Shown piece by piece: positions 10,155 to 20,166 of a stretch of 64,000 nt of DNA (positions within the stretch are counted from its first letter, which is position 1; every line of letters begins with the position of its first letter). The translations under genes and the position numbers were made by a program. The DNA is from an uncultured Nitrososphaeraceae archaeon. GTDB taxonomy: Archaea > Thermoproteota > Nitrososphaeria > Nitrososphaerales > Nitrososphaeraceae. Location: assembly GCA_963779615.1 (NCBI GenBank), contig CAVZZA010000001.1, positions 576,001-640,000 on the forward strand, in the 5' to 3' direction. The notes beneath the pieces are model-generated. The model was not told the DNA's origin and searched no databases. It was given only the letters and a program-made list of their open reading frames with translations.

Positions 10155-10893
10155 ATTTTTTATAACCTCTCCCAACCTGATTAATCTACTATGCTATCCT
10201 AAGTTTAGTGCATTGGATTATGCTACAAAAATTAAAGATCTTTTTTTACTGGATTTGAAATTTGTAATATTGGAAGGTAGTACCATTCTATTTAATAATA
10301 ACATTTTAGGTAAAGGTTGTGAAGGTTTAGTATTAAAAGTTGAAAACATCAAAGATGAACTTATGGCTCTAAAGATCAAAAGAACTGATTCTTGTAGATT
10401 TAGCATGAAGAATGAATTTGATTTTTATAAACTTGCAAACAGGTTTAAAATAGGGCCCAAAGTGTATTCTTATAATGCTAATATGCTTTTAATGGAACTT
10501 CTTGGTGGATCTTCTATAGAAAATTGGTTTTTAAAAGCAAAACTGGATTCATATGTTATAAAAACCGTTATTTTTGATATTTTGAATCAATGTTTTATTT
10601 TAGACAGAATAAATTTAGACCATGGACAATTGAATAAATTACACAATCATGTTATAATATCTCCTGGTAGTTTAAGATGCACAATTATTGATTTCGAAAG
10701 CGCAAGTACATCTAGAAAGGTTTCTAACCTGACTTCTGCTTTTCAAGGTTTACTTTTCAAAGGTACCATATCCAAACAAATCAATAAATTCATTAATTAT
10801 GAAAATAAGAAAAACGAGTTATTAGAACAATTAAAAGGATACAAGAAAAATATTTCAAAAGAAAACTTTGATGCTGTAATGTCTTTGATCTGA
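10117..10893 (+). CDS. Ser/Thr kinase-like protein (RIO/Bud32-related)
   Basis: LGKGCEG, ALKIKR, DHGQL, IIDFES; follows cca. Confidence 0.8.
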   Translation: MNYYTPILDYSNKFFITSPNLINLLCYPKFSALDYATKIKDLFLLDLKFVILEGSTILFNNNILGKGCEGLVLKVENIKDELMALKIKRTDSCRFSMKNEFDFYKLANRFKIGPKVYSYNANMLLMELLGGSSIENWFLKAKLDSYVIKTVIFDILNQCFILDRINLDHGQLNKLHNHVIISPGSLRCTIIDFESASTSRKVSNLTSAFQGLLFKGTISKQINKFINYENKKNELLEQLKGYKKNISKENFDAVMSLI

Positions 10894-10955
10894 TTGTTTA
10901 CCGCCCCTTTCTAAATGGCAGAAAGATATTAATTTTATCTTATATAATGTAATTT

Positions 10956-11474
10956 ATGACACTTCCAAAAGGTTATGTGTTGCCTAATAAAAAAACAGAC
11001 GACAAGGCCAAGCAACTGGCAGACGACAAGGCCAAGCAACTGGCAGACGACAAGGCCAAGCAACTGGCAGACGACAAGGCCAAGCAACTGGCAGACGACA
11101 AGGCCAAGCAACTGGCAGACGACAAGGCCAAGCAACTGGCAGACGACAAGGCCAAGCAACTGGCAGACGACAAGGCCAAGCAACTGGCAGACGACAAGGC
11201 CAAGCAACTGGCAGACGACAAGGCCAAGCAACTGGCAGACGACAAGGCCATTTCAAAAGGAAATGATACCAATTTGCCACATACGGAAAATTCATATAAT
11301 AAGCAAGAATCACAAAATAATCCTGTCAATGTGAGAGATGATTACCAAAATAATAATATTGATAATGATTTGCTGTGGAGTGAAATGAAACAAGCTTATA
11401 TGCAGGCTGTAAACGAAACCACTAATTCATATTTCAGACTGTTAGAGTTTTGGATGAAAAATATCAAAAAATAA
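10956..11474 (+). CDS. Hypothetical protein with (DDKAKQLA)n helical repeat
   Basis: ATG start after a TATA-like TTATATAA; this frame has plausible unique flanks. Confidence 0.65.
   Translation: MTLPKGYVLPNKKTDDKAKQLADDKAKQLADDKAKQLADDKAKQLADDKAKQLADDKAKQLADDKAKQLADDKAKQLADDKAKQLADDKAKQLADDKAISKGNDTNLPHTENSYNKQESQNNPVNVRDDYQNNNIDNDLLWSEMKQAYMQAVNETTNSYFRLLEFWMKNIKK
10996..11250. repeat. Perfect 24-bp tandem repeat CAGACGACAAGGCCAAGCAACTGG x10.6
   Basis: Ten identical units at 10996-11235 plus a 15-bp partial unit. Confidence 0.97.
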
Positions 11475-11480
11475 TTTTTT

Positions 11481-11951
11481 TTAAATCTGAATTATAAAAT
11501 CTATTTCGACTGGAGAACCCAAAGGCAAACTATTTACGCCTATTGCTACCCTTGTATGTTTGCCTTTTTCTCCAAAAATATTTATCAATAAATCCGATGC
11601 TCCATTGATTACTTTTGGGTGTTCCGTAAAGTCTTCTCCACTATTTACATAACCTGTTATTTTTATTATTTTCTTTATATTGTTTAATTCGCCAACAAAA
11701 TTTTTTAAATGATACAATGCATTTAAACAGCAAATTTTTCCTGCCTCTTGGGCTTCTTCAACTGATACTTCCCTTCCCACTTTTCCTTTGTATTTTAGTT
11801 CATCATTTGGGAATTCGATATTTATTGGAATTTGACCAGAGATAAAAATTAAATTTTCAACTTTTGTAATCGGAATATAGGATCCAATAGCTGTGGCTTT
11901 TCCCTTGGGAATGTTTAGGTTTAATGAAGATATTTTTTCTTCTGGTGTCAT
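11481..11951 (-). CDS. RidA/YjgF family protein
   Basis: IFISGQIP, HPKVINGASDL, HTRVAIGVNSLP, VEID. Confidence 0.92.
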   Translation of the reverse strand: MTPEEKISSLNLNIPKGKATAIGSYIPITKVENLIFISGQIPINIEFPNDELKYKGKVGREVSVEEAQEAGKICCLNALYHLKNFVGELNNIKKIIKITGYVNSGEDFTEHPKVINGASDLLINIFGEKGKHTRVAIGVNSLPLGSPVEIDFIIQI

Positions 11952-11991
11952 TATAAGGTGATAATATGCTTGTAATTAAAAAGTTAATCTT

Positions 11992-12330
11992 TTGATTTTA
12001 GGAACCTTTTTAATATCATTACTTTTTTTTATATTTGTGTCAAAGGAAAATGACAATCCAAAAATTATGAATAAATTTAGAAGAATAGGTTCACTAGGCC
12101 TTTGTTTTATTGTAATGGGATTGTCCTTGGTAGTGATATATATATTATGGGCGTCTTTTGGTTATATAGGCCCTTCATTCTCGTCAGATATGGTAAATAC
12201 GCAACAATCTACCTTGAGAGCAGAGTATGGTTTACCAAAACAACCCGTGATTACAGATCCAGCAATATTGCAGACTCCTCCGTCTCTTCGAGAAATAGAT
12301 GTAAAAAATAATACAAATAGTACGCTATAA
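11992..12330 (+). CDS. Small membrane-anchored hypothetical protein (likely start ATG 12067)
   Basis: Single TM followed by [14 protein letters not shown]. Confidence 0.6.
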   Translation: MILGTFLISLLFFIFVSKENDNPKIMNKFRRIGSLGLCFIVMGLSLVVIYILWASFGYIGPSFSSDMVNTQQSTLRAEYGLPKQPVITDPAILQTPPSLREIDVKNNTNSTL

Positions 12331-12376
12331 ACTGATTGAAAGATATAATAAATATTGTCAGCTTGTTGTTTTATTT

Positions 12377-14506
12377 ATGCTTGATAATGTTGAAAAAAGA
12401 AAACCTAATTCCTTAATAAATGAAACTAGTCCATATCTATTACAACATGCTTATAATCCTGTTAACTGGTTTCCTTGGGTTGAAGGTTCAATTAATTTAG
12501 CAAAAAAAGAAAACAAACCAATTTTTCTTAGTGTAGGGTATAGCTCATGCCATTGGTGCCATGTGATGGCGCATGAATCTTTTGAAGATAACGATATTGC
12601 AAAAATAATGAATGAGAAGTTTATTAATATTAAGGTAGACCGGGAGGAGAGGCCGGATATTGATGATGTTTATCAGCGTGCATGCCAGTTAGTAACTGGC
12701 AATGGCGGTTGGCCACTGTCTGTTTTCTTGACTCCCGATCTAAAACCATTTTATGTTGGCACTTATTTTCCAAAAGATGGTAGGTATGGTATGCCTGGAT
12801 TCGGTGAGGTATTAAAGCAACTCGATGAGGCATTTCATTTTAGAAAAAATGAAATCAATAGCACAACTTCTGAATTCATGAACTCTCTTATTGCTTCTTC
12901 AAAGAATAATGGTCTGATCAATAAAGATCTAGAAATTGATAAATCAATCCTTGATGAATCCGCGCTTAATCTTTTAAGTATAGCGGATTTCACCTATGGT
13001 GGATTTGGAATGTCTCCAAAATTTCCAAATGTTTCTAATTTGCTATTTTTATTGCGGTATTATGATATTTCAAAAATCGAAAAATTCAAAGGTTTTGTGG
13101 TACTTACAGGTGAAAAAATCCTGTATGGTGGAATCCATGATCATCTTGGTGGTGGCTTTTCTCGATATTCTACCGATCAGAAATGGCTTGTTCCGCATTT
13201 TGAAAAAATGCTATATGATAATTCGTTGCTGATTGCTTTATTTTCAGAAGTGTATCAGATTACAAAGGATGCAAAATTCAAAATAGCTGTCGAAAAAACA
13301 TTGGGATATATTTTAAGAGACCTTTTAAACGAAGACGGTGGTTTTTTTTCTGCAGAAGATGCAGATTCAGAAGGCGAGGAAGGCAAATACTATTTGTGGT
13401 CAAAACAGGAAATTTCTTCAATCATACAAAATCCTTTACATTTGGATATTTTCTGTGAATACTATGATGTATCGCAAGGGGGAAATTTTGAGGGAAAAAA
13501 CATCTTGAATATAAAGTCTTCCTACCCTCACCTTTCAAAAAAATATAACCTTGATATAAACGACATCAAAAACATCATAGATGAAAATTCCTTAAGGCTT
13601 TTTAACGCCCGGGAAAAAAGAATTAGACCGCAAAAGGACGACAAGACTATCCTTTCATGGAACGCTCTTTCTATTTCGTCCTTTGTAAAAGGCTATAGGA
13701 TTACTGGCAATGAACTTTATCTGAATACGGCTGTAAATGCAATAAAGTTCATTGAAACAAAAATGAAATCATCAGATGGATCTCTTTATCGTATTTATAA
13801 AAATGGTTCGGCGAAGATTCCTTCATATTTAGATGATTATGCTTTTTACATCAATGCACTTTTGGATTTATTTGAGATAAAACCTGATGCTCAGTATATG
13901 GAATTGGCTGTTCAATATACTGATTATTTGATAAAAAACTTCTGGGATTCTGGTGAAAACAACTTTTATTACACATCTAATTTTCATGAATCACTCCCTA
14001 TCAGAAATAAAATTCTTCATGACTTGGCTATTCCTAGCGGTAATTCCGTTTCTGTTTCAAACTTTATAAGACTTTATCACATTACGGGAAATAATGATTA
14101 TGTAAACATTGCTGAAAAAATGATGAAAGTTTCTTTATTGTCCGCAGCAGAAAATCCATTTAGTTTTGGCTGTTTGCTGTCTTCAGCCTATCTTTATATA
14201 AAAAAACCTTTGGAAATAACCCTTGTTTCAAAAGATGCTCACTCCAAAAAATCTGCCATGCTTGATTTTATAAATAAAACATTTGTTCCTAATGGGATCC
14301 TGTCGATTATAGACAAAAATTGCAATTTGCAAAGTTTGGAAAAATATTCTTTATTTCAGAATAAATCCTTGATAAACAAAAATTCGCCCTCTACTGAAGA
14401 GTTTGTATTAGTATGCAAAGACTTTGCCTGTAGCCCTCCTATTGCAAATATTGATGATCTGAAAGAGACTTTACTTGGTAAATTGTCAAAGGAAAAGATT
14501 AAATAA
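12377..14506 (+). CDS. YyaL/DUF255 thioredoxin-domain protein with (alpha/alpha)6 barrel
   Basis: [41 protein letters not shown]. Confidence 0.93.
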   Translation: MLDNVEKRKPNSLINETSPYLLQHAYNPVNWFPWVEGSINLAKKENKPIFLSVGYSSCHWCHVMAHESFEDNDIAKIMNEKFINIKVDREERPDIDDVYQRACQLVTGNGGWPLSVFLTPDLKPFYVGTYFPKDGRYGMPGFGEVLKQLDEAFHFRKNEINSTTSEFMNSLIASSKNNGLINKDLEIDKSILDESALNLLSIADFTYGGFGMSPKFPNVSNLLFLLRYYDISKIEKFKGFVVLTGEKILYGGIHDHLGGGFSRYSTDQKWLVPHFEKMLYDNSLLIALFSEVYQITKDAKFKIAVEKTLGYILRDLLNEDGGFFSAEDADSEGEEGKYYLWSKQEISSIIQNPLHLDIFCEYYDVSQGGNFEGKNILNIKSSYPHLSKKYNLDINDIKNIIDENSLRLFNAREKRIRPQKDDKTILSWNALSISSFVKGYRITGNELYLNTAVNAIKFIETKMKSSDGSLYRIYKNGSAKIPSYLDDYAFYINALLDLFEIKPDAQYMELAVQYTDYLIKNFWDSGENNFYYTSNFHESLPIRNKILHDLAIPSGNSVSVSNFIRLYHITGNNDYVNIAEKMMKVSLLSAAENPFSFGCLLSSAYLYIKKPLEITLVSKDAHSKKSAMLDFINKTFVPNGILSIIDKNCNLQSLEKYSLFQNKSLINKNSPSTEEFVLVCKDFACSPPIANIDDLKETLLGKLSKEKIK

Positions 14507-15407
14507 TTTTTTTCTGTTAAGCTGTTCCATATTGTTATCTTTCAATAATCCCAATTTTTTTCTGTTAAGCTGTTCCATATTGTTATCTTTCCTATTAGTC
14601 TTTAATTTCATGGATTATTCTTTTGGGCAAGATAATGAATCCGAAAACACTTTTGATATTGCTAAATCATCCAGTGATGAAGCGCTGTCATTAATGGATT
14701 CATTGAAAGGTTCTTCTTTAGTCAATTCGGTTACGGGTGGAATTGAGAACTTTTCATTGCCTGCCATTAATCAATCAAACGATAATGGTGCTAATGATGG
14801 ATTGTTGGATAACTCTTCATCTTCTAGGTACGGTTATCTAACTGGCGGTATTGATCAAAATTCATCTGAAGTTGACTCACCGAACAAAACAATACCTTTG
14901 CCCATTCTGGAATCTGACTCACCGAACAAAACAATACCTTTGCCCATTCTGGAATCTGACTCACCGAACAAAACAATACCAATGATGAAAGTTGATGATA
15001 CTCCAATTAAAAGCAATACGGAAAATATGCAATCTCTGTTGGTTCTTCCCTATCCGATGTCTATTCAATCAAAAGATTATGTTCCGCTTTACAGTTCTAT
15101 GCCCATGAAAATTTCAAATGGTACAATTTTGGCCAAACTTCCTTGTGATAATAATAATAAACCTGTGTTGTATATAGTTGGTTCATCTGCTGACAACAAT
15201 GTTTTTCCAATAAATCTTAACCTCATTTCTAATTTGTCAAAGCCCGGAAGCATGTGTATGTACAACTCTATAGTTCCGGATAATCTTTCCAACCTGTTGT
15301 ATTCGCATACTCTAATTAACATTTATCTATACAACTCTTTGGATATTCCAGTTGAAGTGCCCACCACAACCTCTGTTTTCATAGGTATACACAAACTGAC
15401 TGTATAG
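14475..15407 (+). CDS. Secreted/membrane protein with a C-terminal domain paralogous to 55519 and 56649
   Basis: PLYSS...AKLPCD...P...G...CMYN aligns with PLYDA...AKVPCD...CTYH; start uncertain. Confidence 0.7.
   Translation: MVNCQRKRLNNFFLLSCSILLSFNNPNFFLLSCSILLSFLLVFNFMDYSFGQDNESENTFDIAKSSSDEALSLMDSLKGSSLVNSVTGGIENFSLPAINQSNDNGANDGLLDNSSSSRYGYLTGGIDQNSSEVDSPNKTIPLPILESDSPNKTIPLPILESDSPNKTIPMMKVDDTPIKSNTENMQSLLVLPYPMSIQSKDYVPLYSSMPMKISNGTILAKLPCDNNNKPVLYIVGSSADNNVFPINLNLISNLSKPGSMCMYNSIVPDNLSNLLYSHTLINIYLYNSLDIPVEVPTTTSVFIGIHKLTV
14505..14591. repeat. 39-bp direct duplication with 48-bp period in the signal/TM-coding region
   Basis: AATTTTTTTCTGTTAAGCTGTTCCATATTGTTATCTTTC at 14505 and 14553. 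Confidence 0.9.
14873..14980. repeat. 42-bp tandem repeat x2.6 ([14 protein letters not shown])
   Basis: Units start at 14873, 14915, 14957. Confidence 0.9.
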
Positions 15408-15424
15408 CTTGATTTTTTTAATAA

Positions 15425-15733
15425 TTATATGGAATACATTATTCCGCCAGAAACTATTGGAATGGATTCTAAATTAGAAAGGTCTTTTATTCTTGCAATT
15501 ATCGCATTGAACCAAAGGCTATCAATCCCTTGACTCCAAATCGTGATTTTTTTATAGTCCTTTTCCTTTCCATGGTGGAAAAAACCTTTACAGTCTTCCA
15601 CTGTCATGTTGTTATATTTTTGGCTTATTTCTTCTATAGCTACTTCAGCTTCTGCAGGTAAATACAAAATTGTCAATGTTGGGAATGGTATAGTGTCTGC
15701 AGAAGTAGACGATGATGATGCGTCATTAGCCAT
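15425..15733 (-). CDS. Conserved hypothetical protein
   Basis: Clean 102-aa ORF with ATG start. Confidence 0.7.
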   Translation of the reverse strand: MANDASSSSTSADTIPFPTLTILYLPAEAEVAIEEISQKYNNMTVEDCKGFFHHGKEKDYKKITIWSQGIDSLWFNAIIARIKDLSNLESIPIVSGGIMYSI

Positions 15734-15844
15734 AACCTTAATTTATGTAAGACTTATATGATTATTTCGTTCCGATTGATTTATTTAGAAGTTTTTTATG
15801 GAAAATTAATAAAGACTATATGCTAATTAATAATTTAGAAAGTT

Positions 15845-16222
15845 ATGAATGCTGGACAATTCACAAAAAACGTGCTTGATTTGGACGATAATATTTTATT
15901 TGCTGGAATTATAGAAAAATCTGGTCATCTCCGTGCAAGCAACCAACGTGCAGCTGTAGATGAAACTTTTAAAGGTCGAAACCTGGAAATGGTTTATTCC
16001 CAATCTGTTTATGTGGCAGACCTTCGAAAAATGCTCTCCCCGTCATTTGGCAATTTAAACTCTGTCAACTATGTTTATGAAAAATTGAAAATATTGCTAT
16101 TCCCTGTCAAGGACCATGTGTTATTGATTTTCATTGGTAAAGAAACAAAAACCGATGATTTGGCACAAAACATACGCAGATACATGGATTCGCTGAATGA
16201 TCTTGATTTATATTCCTCGTGA
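15845..16222 (+). CDS. DUF6659/roadblock-like small protein
   Basis: LDLDDNILFAGII..G ... YEKLKILLFP; paralogous to 19726. Confidence 0.7.
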   Translation: MNAGQFTKNVLDLDDNILFAGIIEKSGHLRASNQRAAVDETFKGRNLEMVYSQSVYVADLRKMLSPSFGNLNSVNYVYEKLKILLFPVKDHVLLIFIGKETKTDDLAQNIRRYMDSLNDLDLYSS

Positions 16223-16523
16223 ATTTTGAAATCTTTCAAAATTGTGATTTATATTTGTGCAAATTTTACACCTAGGGTTGAGGGATGCATTTATGTTTTG
16301 TATTGATGATTTAAACGTGATGCTTGATTAACTGACACCCTTGTTAAATCTCTATAAATATTTTAACAAATTCAACGTGTTGTATTTATTTTTTTTTAAA
16401 AAAAATAATGGTTAGATTAAAGACCCGTCCGATATTCACCTTTGGAGAGGTGCGCTTCATGAGTGTTGCGTTGTTAAAAAAAGGTATGGAAAAGAAAAAA
16501 TGTTCTACTCAATTTGAGTGTTT

Positions 16524-17447
16524 CTAGCTTCCAAGAACCTTTATGTCCTGTACCCCCAATCCCTTTTCAGGAGTGCTTCCAAGCGGTATGACTTTCATAC
16601 CGTCCGCACCTGAAACTGGTGGATACCTGTAGATCTCTGGAGATTGGCCAAAACCAGTATTGGAAAATACTATGGGCTCATCGTATTGATTGCCGCCGCC
16701 ATTTGAAATCTGGATTGCAAAAAAGTTGATACCGTTATCTGCATTTGCTAGTCCCATTTGTAATCCGCATACCTTGTCATTTTCGGCTAACTCTACGTAA
16801 AGCTCATTCTGTACCCCTAGTGAAATGTCCTTAAACAGTGATTGGTTTAAACCGGCTTTTACTAAATTTTCTACATTTCCCTCAGCCCAAACTTTGTTTA
16901 ATTTTAGTTCATTTCCACATGTATTTTTGGATGGCACTAAATCCAGGAGATTTACATTATCATCTGCTACCTTTATCAGTTTTGTGTATGATGTGTATCT
17001 TCCATCTGGGTATAAGGCGTGGACTTCCACATTAAACAAACCGGGGGTAGGCACATCTGCTGTAAACTCTGCATCTCCTGATCTTTGAAGCGCATACACT
17101 GTGTTGAGGTTTGCTTCGTAATCTATAAGAAATGCATCCACCCTTGCCGGAGTTTTTTCAAAGTTAAATGAGATTTTATCCCCATTGTGTATTGTGTATA
17201 AAACTGAATCCTCACTTGGCTCCAACGCAGGAGTATTTATTTTTGTTAGTACTGTATTCTGTACGTTAATAAAAGGCACTAGATCTGCTATTCCGCCATT
17301 GTGCACCAAGCTTGCCTTTGGAACGATAGGCGGCTCCGCAAAAGCCGCCTTCAAACTAAAATCTGTGTTTATTATCCCTATGCTAAATGCAAAAGTAATG
17401 ACAATGGCTGAAACCATAATTTTTTTTTTATTAATCGATTGAAACAA
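16524..17447 (-). CDS. Secreted protein with a degenerate discoidin-like C-terminal domain
   Basis: Signal peptide; KVCGLQM...FAIQISN..EIY resembles TICGIDI...FIVSTSN..ERY of 17769. Confidence 0.7.
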   Translation of the reverse strand: MFQSINKKKIMVSAIVITFAFSIGIINTDFSLKAAFAEPPIVPKASLVHNGGIADLVPFINVQNTVLTKINTPALEPSEDSVLYTIHNGDKISFNFEKTPARVDAFLIDYEANLNTVYALQRSGDAEFTADVPTPGLFNVEVHALYPDGRYTSYTKLIKVADDNVNLLDLVPSKNTCGNELKLNKVWAEGNVENLVKAGLNQSLFKDISLGVQNELYVELAENDKVCGLQMGLANADNGINFFAIQISNGGGNQYDEPIVFSNTGFGQSPEIYRYPPVSGADGMKVIPLGSTPEKGLGVQDIKVLGS

Positions 17448-17768
17448 CTTATACCTTAATCTGTGTTTGTTTCTATTTATGGAATACGTTTTATTTTGTT
17501 ATAAAATTTTATTATATAATTCTATTTAACAAGCTTTTTTTTATATTGAAAACCATAGTACTAGTTCAGTAGTTTTATAATACCCGGAATTGTTAAACCT
17601 AAAATTTAAAGAACTGACTATGTGATGTTTTTTTTATAATATAAGCAAGCGTCCCATATATACCAAATTACCTTATCTTTTTAAAATGAGTATAAATAGT
17701 GCACTATTACTTGTAAAAATTAGTTTAACTTTACAAAAGCGTAAAATTTCAAAGGGAGGCCTATATCA

Positions 17769-19471
17769 ATGAAAAAATATAACCGTTATTTGTTTTTTGT
17801 ATCGCTTGTTGTGGCATTCCTCTGCGTTGCTGCCATGCCTGGAATACCCGGCCTTGTGGCGAATATTTATGCCGCGGAGCCTTTTGATGGAATTCCTGTC
17901 TTTTCTGCCGGAACCACGCCATCATCTTCTGCAAGCTCTACTTTGCCGCCTGGATGCGCACCAGGACAAATAGACAAGGTTGGTGCAAGTGGATATGATT
18001 TAGAAGGTGACAACACAACACCGGATAAAACCATTGATAAAAACTTCAACACCAGGTGGGCAAACTATGGTATCGGATCTTTTATTCAATACGAGCTCAA
18101 GTCCAGTGATCCCATTTCTGGTGATACCATTTGTGGGATAGACATTTCCTGGTATAGGGGTGACGCTAGGACATACAACTTTATTGTTTCTACTTCTAAT
18201 GATGGTAGTAAATTTGATAACACATTTTTTGCTACCAGTAGCGGAAAAACTAACTCCTTTGAGCGTTATATTATTCCAGATTCTGCACTTCAAGCTAAAT
18301 ACGTGAGAATTACTGTTAATGGAAACACCGAAAATCCGTGGGCAGCCGTAACCGAAGTTCAAATTCAGTCACAATCAGCATGCCCATGCCCGCCAACGCC
18401 AACACCAACACCAACACCAGCACCAACACCACACACCAACACCACCAACACAACCGCCAACTCAATGCCCATGCCCACCAACACCAACACCAACACCAAC
18501 ACCAACACCAACACCAACACCAACACAACCGCCAACTCAATGCCCATGCCCACCAACAACACCACCGACACCAACACCAACACCAACACCAACACCAACA
18601 CCAACACCAACACCAACACCAACACCAACACCAACACCAACACCAACACCAACACCAACACCAACACCAACACCAACACCAACACCAACACCAGCCTGGT
18701 AAGGACGTGTTTGGGGTGACGAAAATTTACAATGATAAGCCTAACGGGGAAAAGTGGTTTATGAACATGGCAGACCCAACTAATGACCCGAGATACGATC
18801 CAAAAACAGATCTTAAGAAAAATGCTGATGGCAGCTGGAAAGTGACCGACTCTCAGGTAAGGATGAATGTTTTCACGAGCACTGGTTACGACGAAAGTAA
18901 AATTCAAACGTACGACCAATCTAAACTAGCTACTCAAGGGTATATGCAGGCTCCAAATGACTGGAAGAATATAGAATTGACTGGCTATGTAAAAATCAAC
19001 TCTGCTTCAGACAGTGATTTCCATTTCACCTGGTATGGTCGTGGAGGTCACCATTCTGATATACCTTGTGAAGGAACCGCATACAAGGGGAGCATATACA
19101 AGGATGGAAGTAGCAGGTTTTCCAAGGAGCAATGGCATTCTGGAGGCTATTCATTTACACCCACAACAAACGTCCTAAAATCGTCAATAGTGGGCAAGTG
19201 GATTGGGTATAAAGCTGTTATCTACAATACTGTAGTAAACGGAAAGGATGCTGTGAAATTGGAAAATTGGGTTGATCCAAATGCTAATGATGTGTGGACA
19301 AAAATCTATGGATATACCGATAGTGCGGGACTTGGAGAGGATGGTGAAGAATGTGGTGGCAAGCCAGATCAACTTATTTCATGGGGTGGACCTATAGCAG
19401 ATTTTCGCTGGGACGGAACTTCAAACATTGACGTGAAAAACCTAAGTGTAAGAGAAATTTCCCCACCTTAG
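17769..19471 (+). pseudogene. Secreted discoidin (F5/8C) + Pro/Thr linker + beta-sandwich domain protein, broken by two +1 frameshifts (about 18432 and 18691); pseudogene or sequencing error
   Basis: IDKNFNTRW..AKYVRITV..EVQI discoidin; the linker reads [15 protein letters not shown](TP)n in the third frame, then joins [13 protein letters not shown]. Confidence 0.8.
18395..18693. repeat. (CCAACA)n hexamer microsatellite with a duplicated ACAACCGCCAACTCAATGCCCATGCCCACC block
   Basis: Read directly from the sequence. Confidence 0.95.
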
Positions 19472-19725
19472 GGTTTTTCTATACCTTTTTTTCTATACCT
19501 TTTTTCCTGTTACGTTAATTAATAAAACAATAAATTATAAAATATGTCATTTCTTCGTTATAGAATAACAAGATTACGAAAGTACACTTATAACAAAATT
19601 TTTGTTGTGAGTAAATATGTGTTATTCGTGTACTTTAAAATAAAGATGTTTTTTGGGTTGTATTGATCAATAGAAATTGAGTTCAAATCTCAACATTCAA
19701 TAAATGGTGCTTTTTTTATTTACTC

Positions 19726-20100
19726 ATGGATTATCAAAAAATACTTGATGCTATTTTTGCGCTAAATGATGATATCCGCTATGCCGGATTAATTGATGAA
19801 GCCGGTTTACTGTTAGCTGGAGGCATGCGTCATGGAATTGATTCTATAGTCGATCAACCTAGTGAAGAACTGTACCTAACACACACAGCTTTAAGAAAAT
19901 CTATGCGTGGACGTTTTGATGATACTATGGGACAAGCACGCTTTGTATATGTAGAGCGCGAAAAATTATCATTGTTGACTTTTTACCTGGATAAGAAAAT
20001 GTTATTAGTCACTCTAGAGCCAAGTTTGGACTCTCGAATTGTTATGGATATAGCTGAAGATGTATTAGATATTTTTAGTGGAAACAAAATTTCGGAATAA
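19726..20100 (+). CDS. DUF6659/roadblock-like small protein
   Basis: LNDDIRYAGLID..G.LLAGGMR ... VEREKL. Confidence 0.75.
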   Translation: MDYQKILDAIFALNDDIRYAGLIDEAGLLLAGGMRHGIDSIVDQPSEELYLTHTALRKSMRGRFDDTMGQARFVYVEREKLSLLTFYLDKKMLLVTLEPSLDSRIVMDIAEDVLDIFSGNKISE

Positions 20101-20166
20101 CAGTATATGCATATTTTTCTTATTTAAAATACATTCTTCAATTTCAAATTGGTTTTTTTAAATTTT

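Noticed and set aside
10996-11250. Possible CRISPR array; alternative-frame ORFs (LGLVVCQL, CRLPVAWP, TTRPSNWQ)
   Set aside because: Repeats are contiguous with no spacers and no cas genes; the other frames are open only because the unit lacks stops
16300-16460. C/D-box-like TTGATGA...CTGA and a CACCT/AGGTG hairpin
   Set aside because: Spacing too short for a C/D guide and the stem is only 5 bp
18338-18693. Poly-(HQ) metal-binding tract
   Set aside because: Off-frame reading of the (CCAACA)n Pro/Thr linker
18395-18693. Phase variation by repeat slippage
   Set aside because: The unit is 6 bp, so copy-number change preserves the frame
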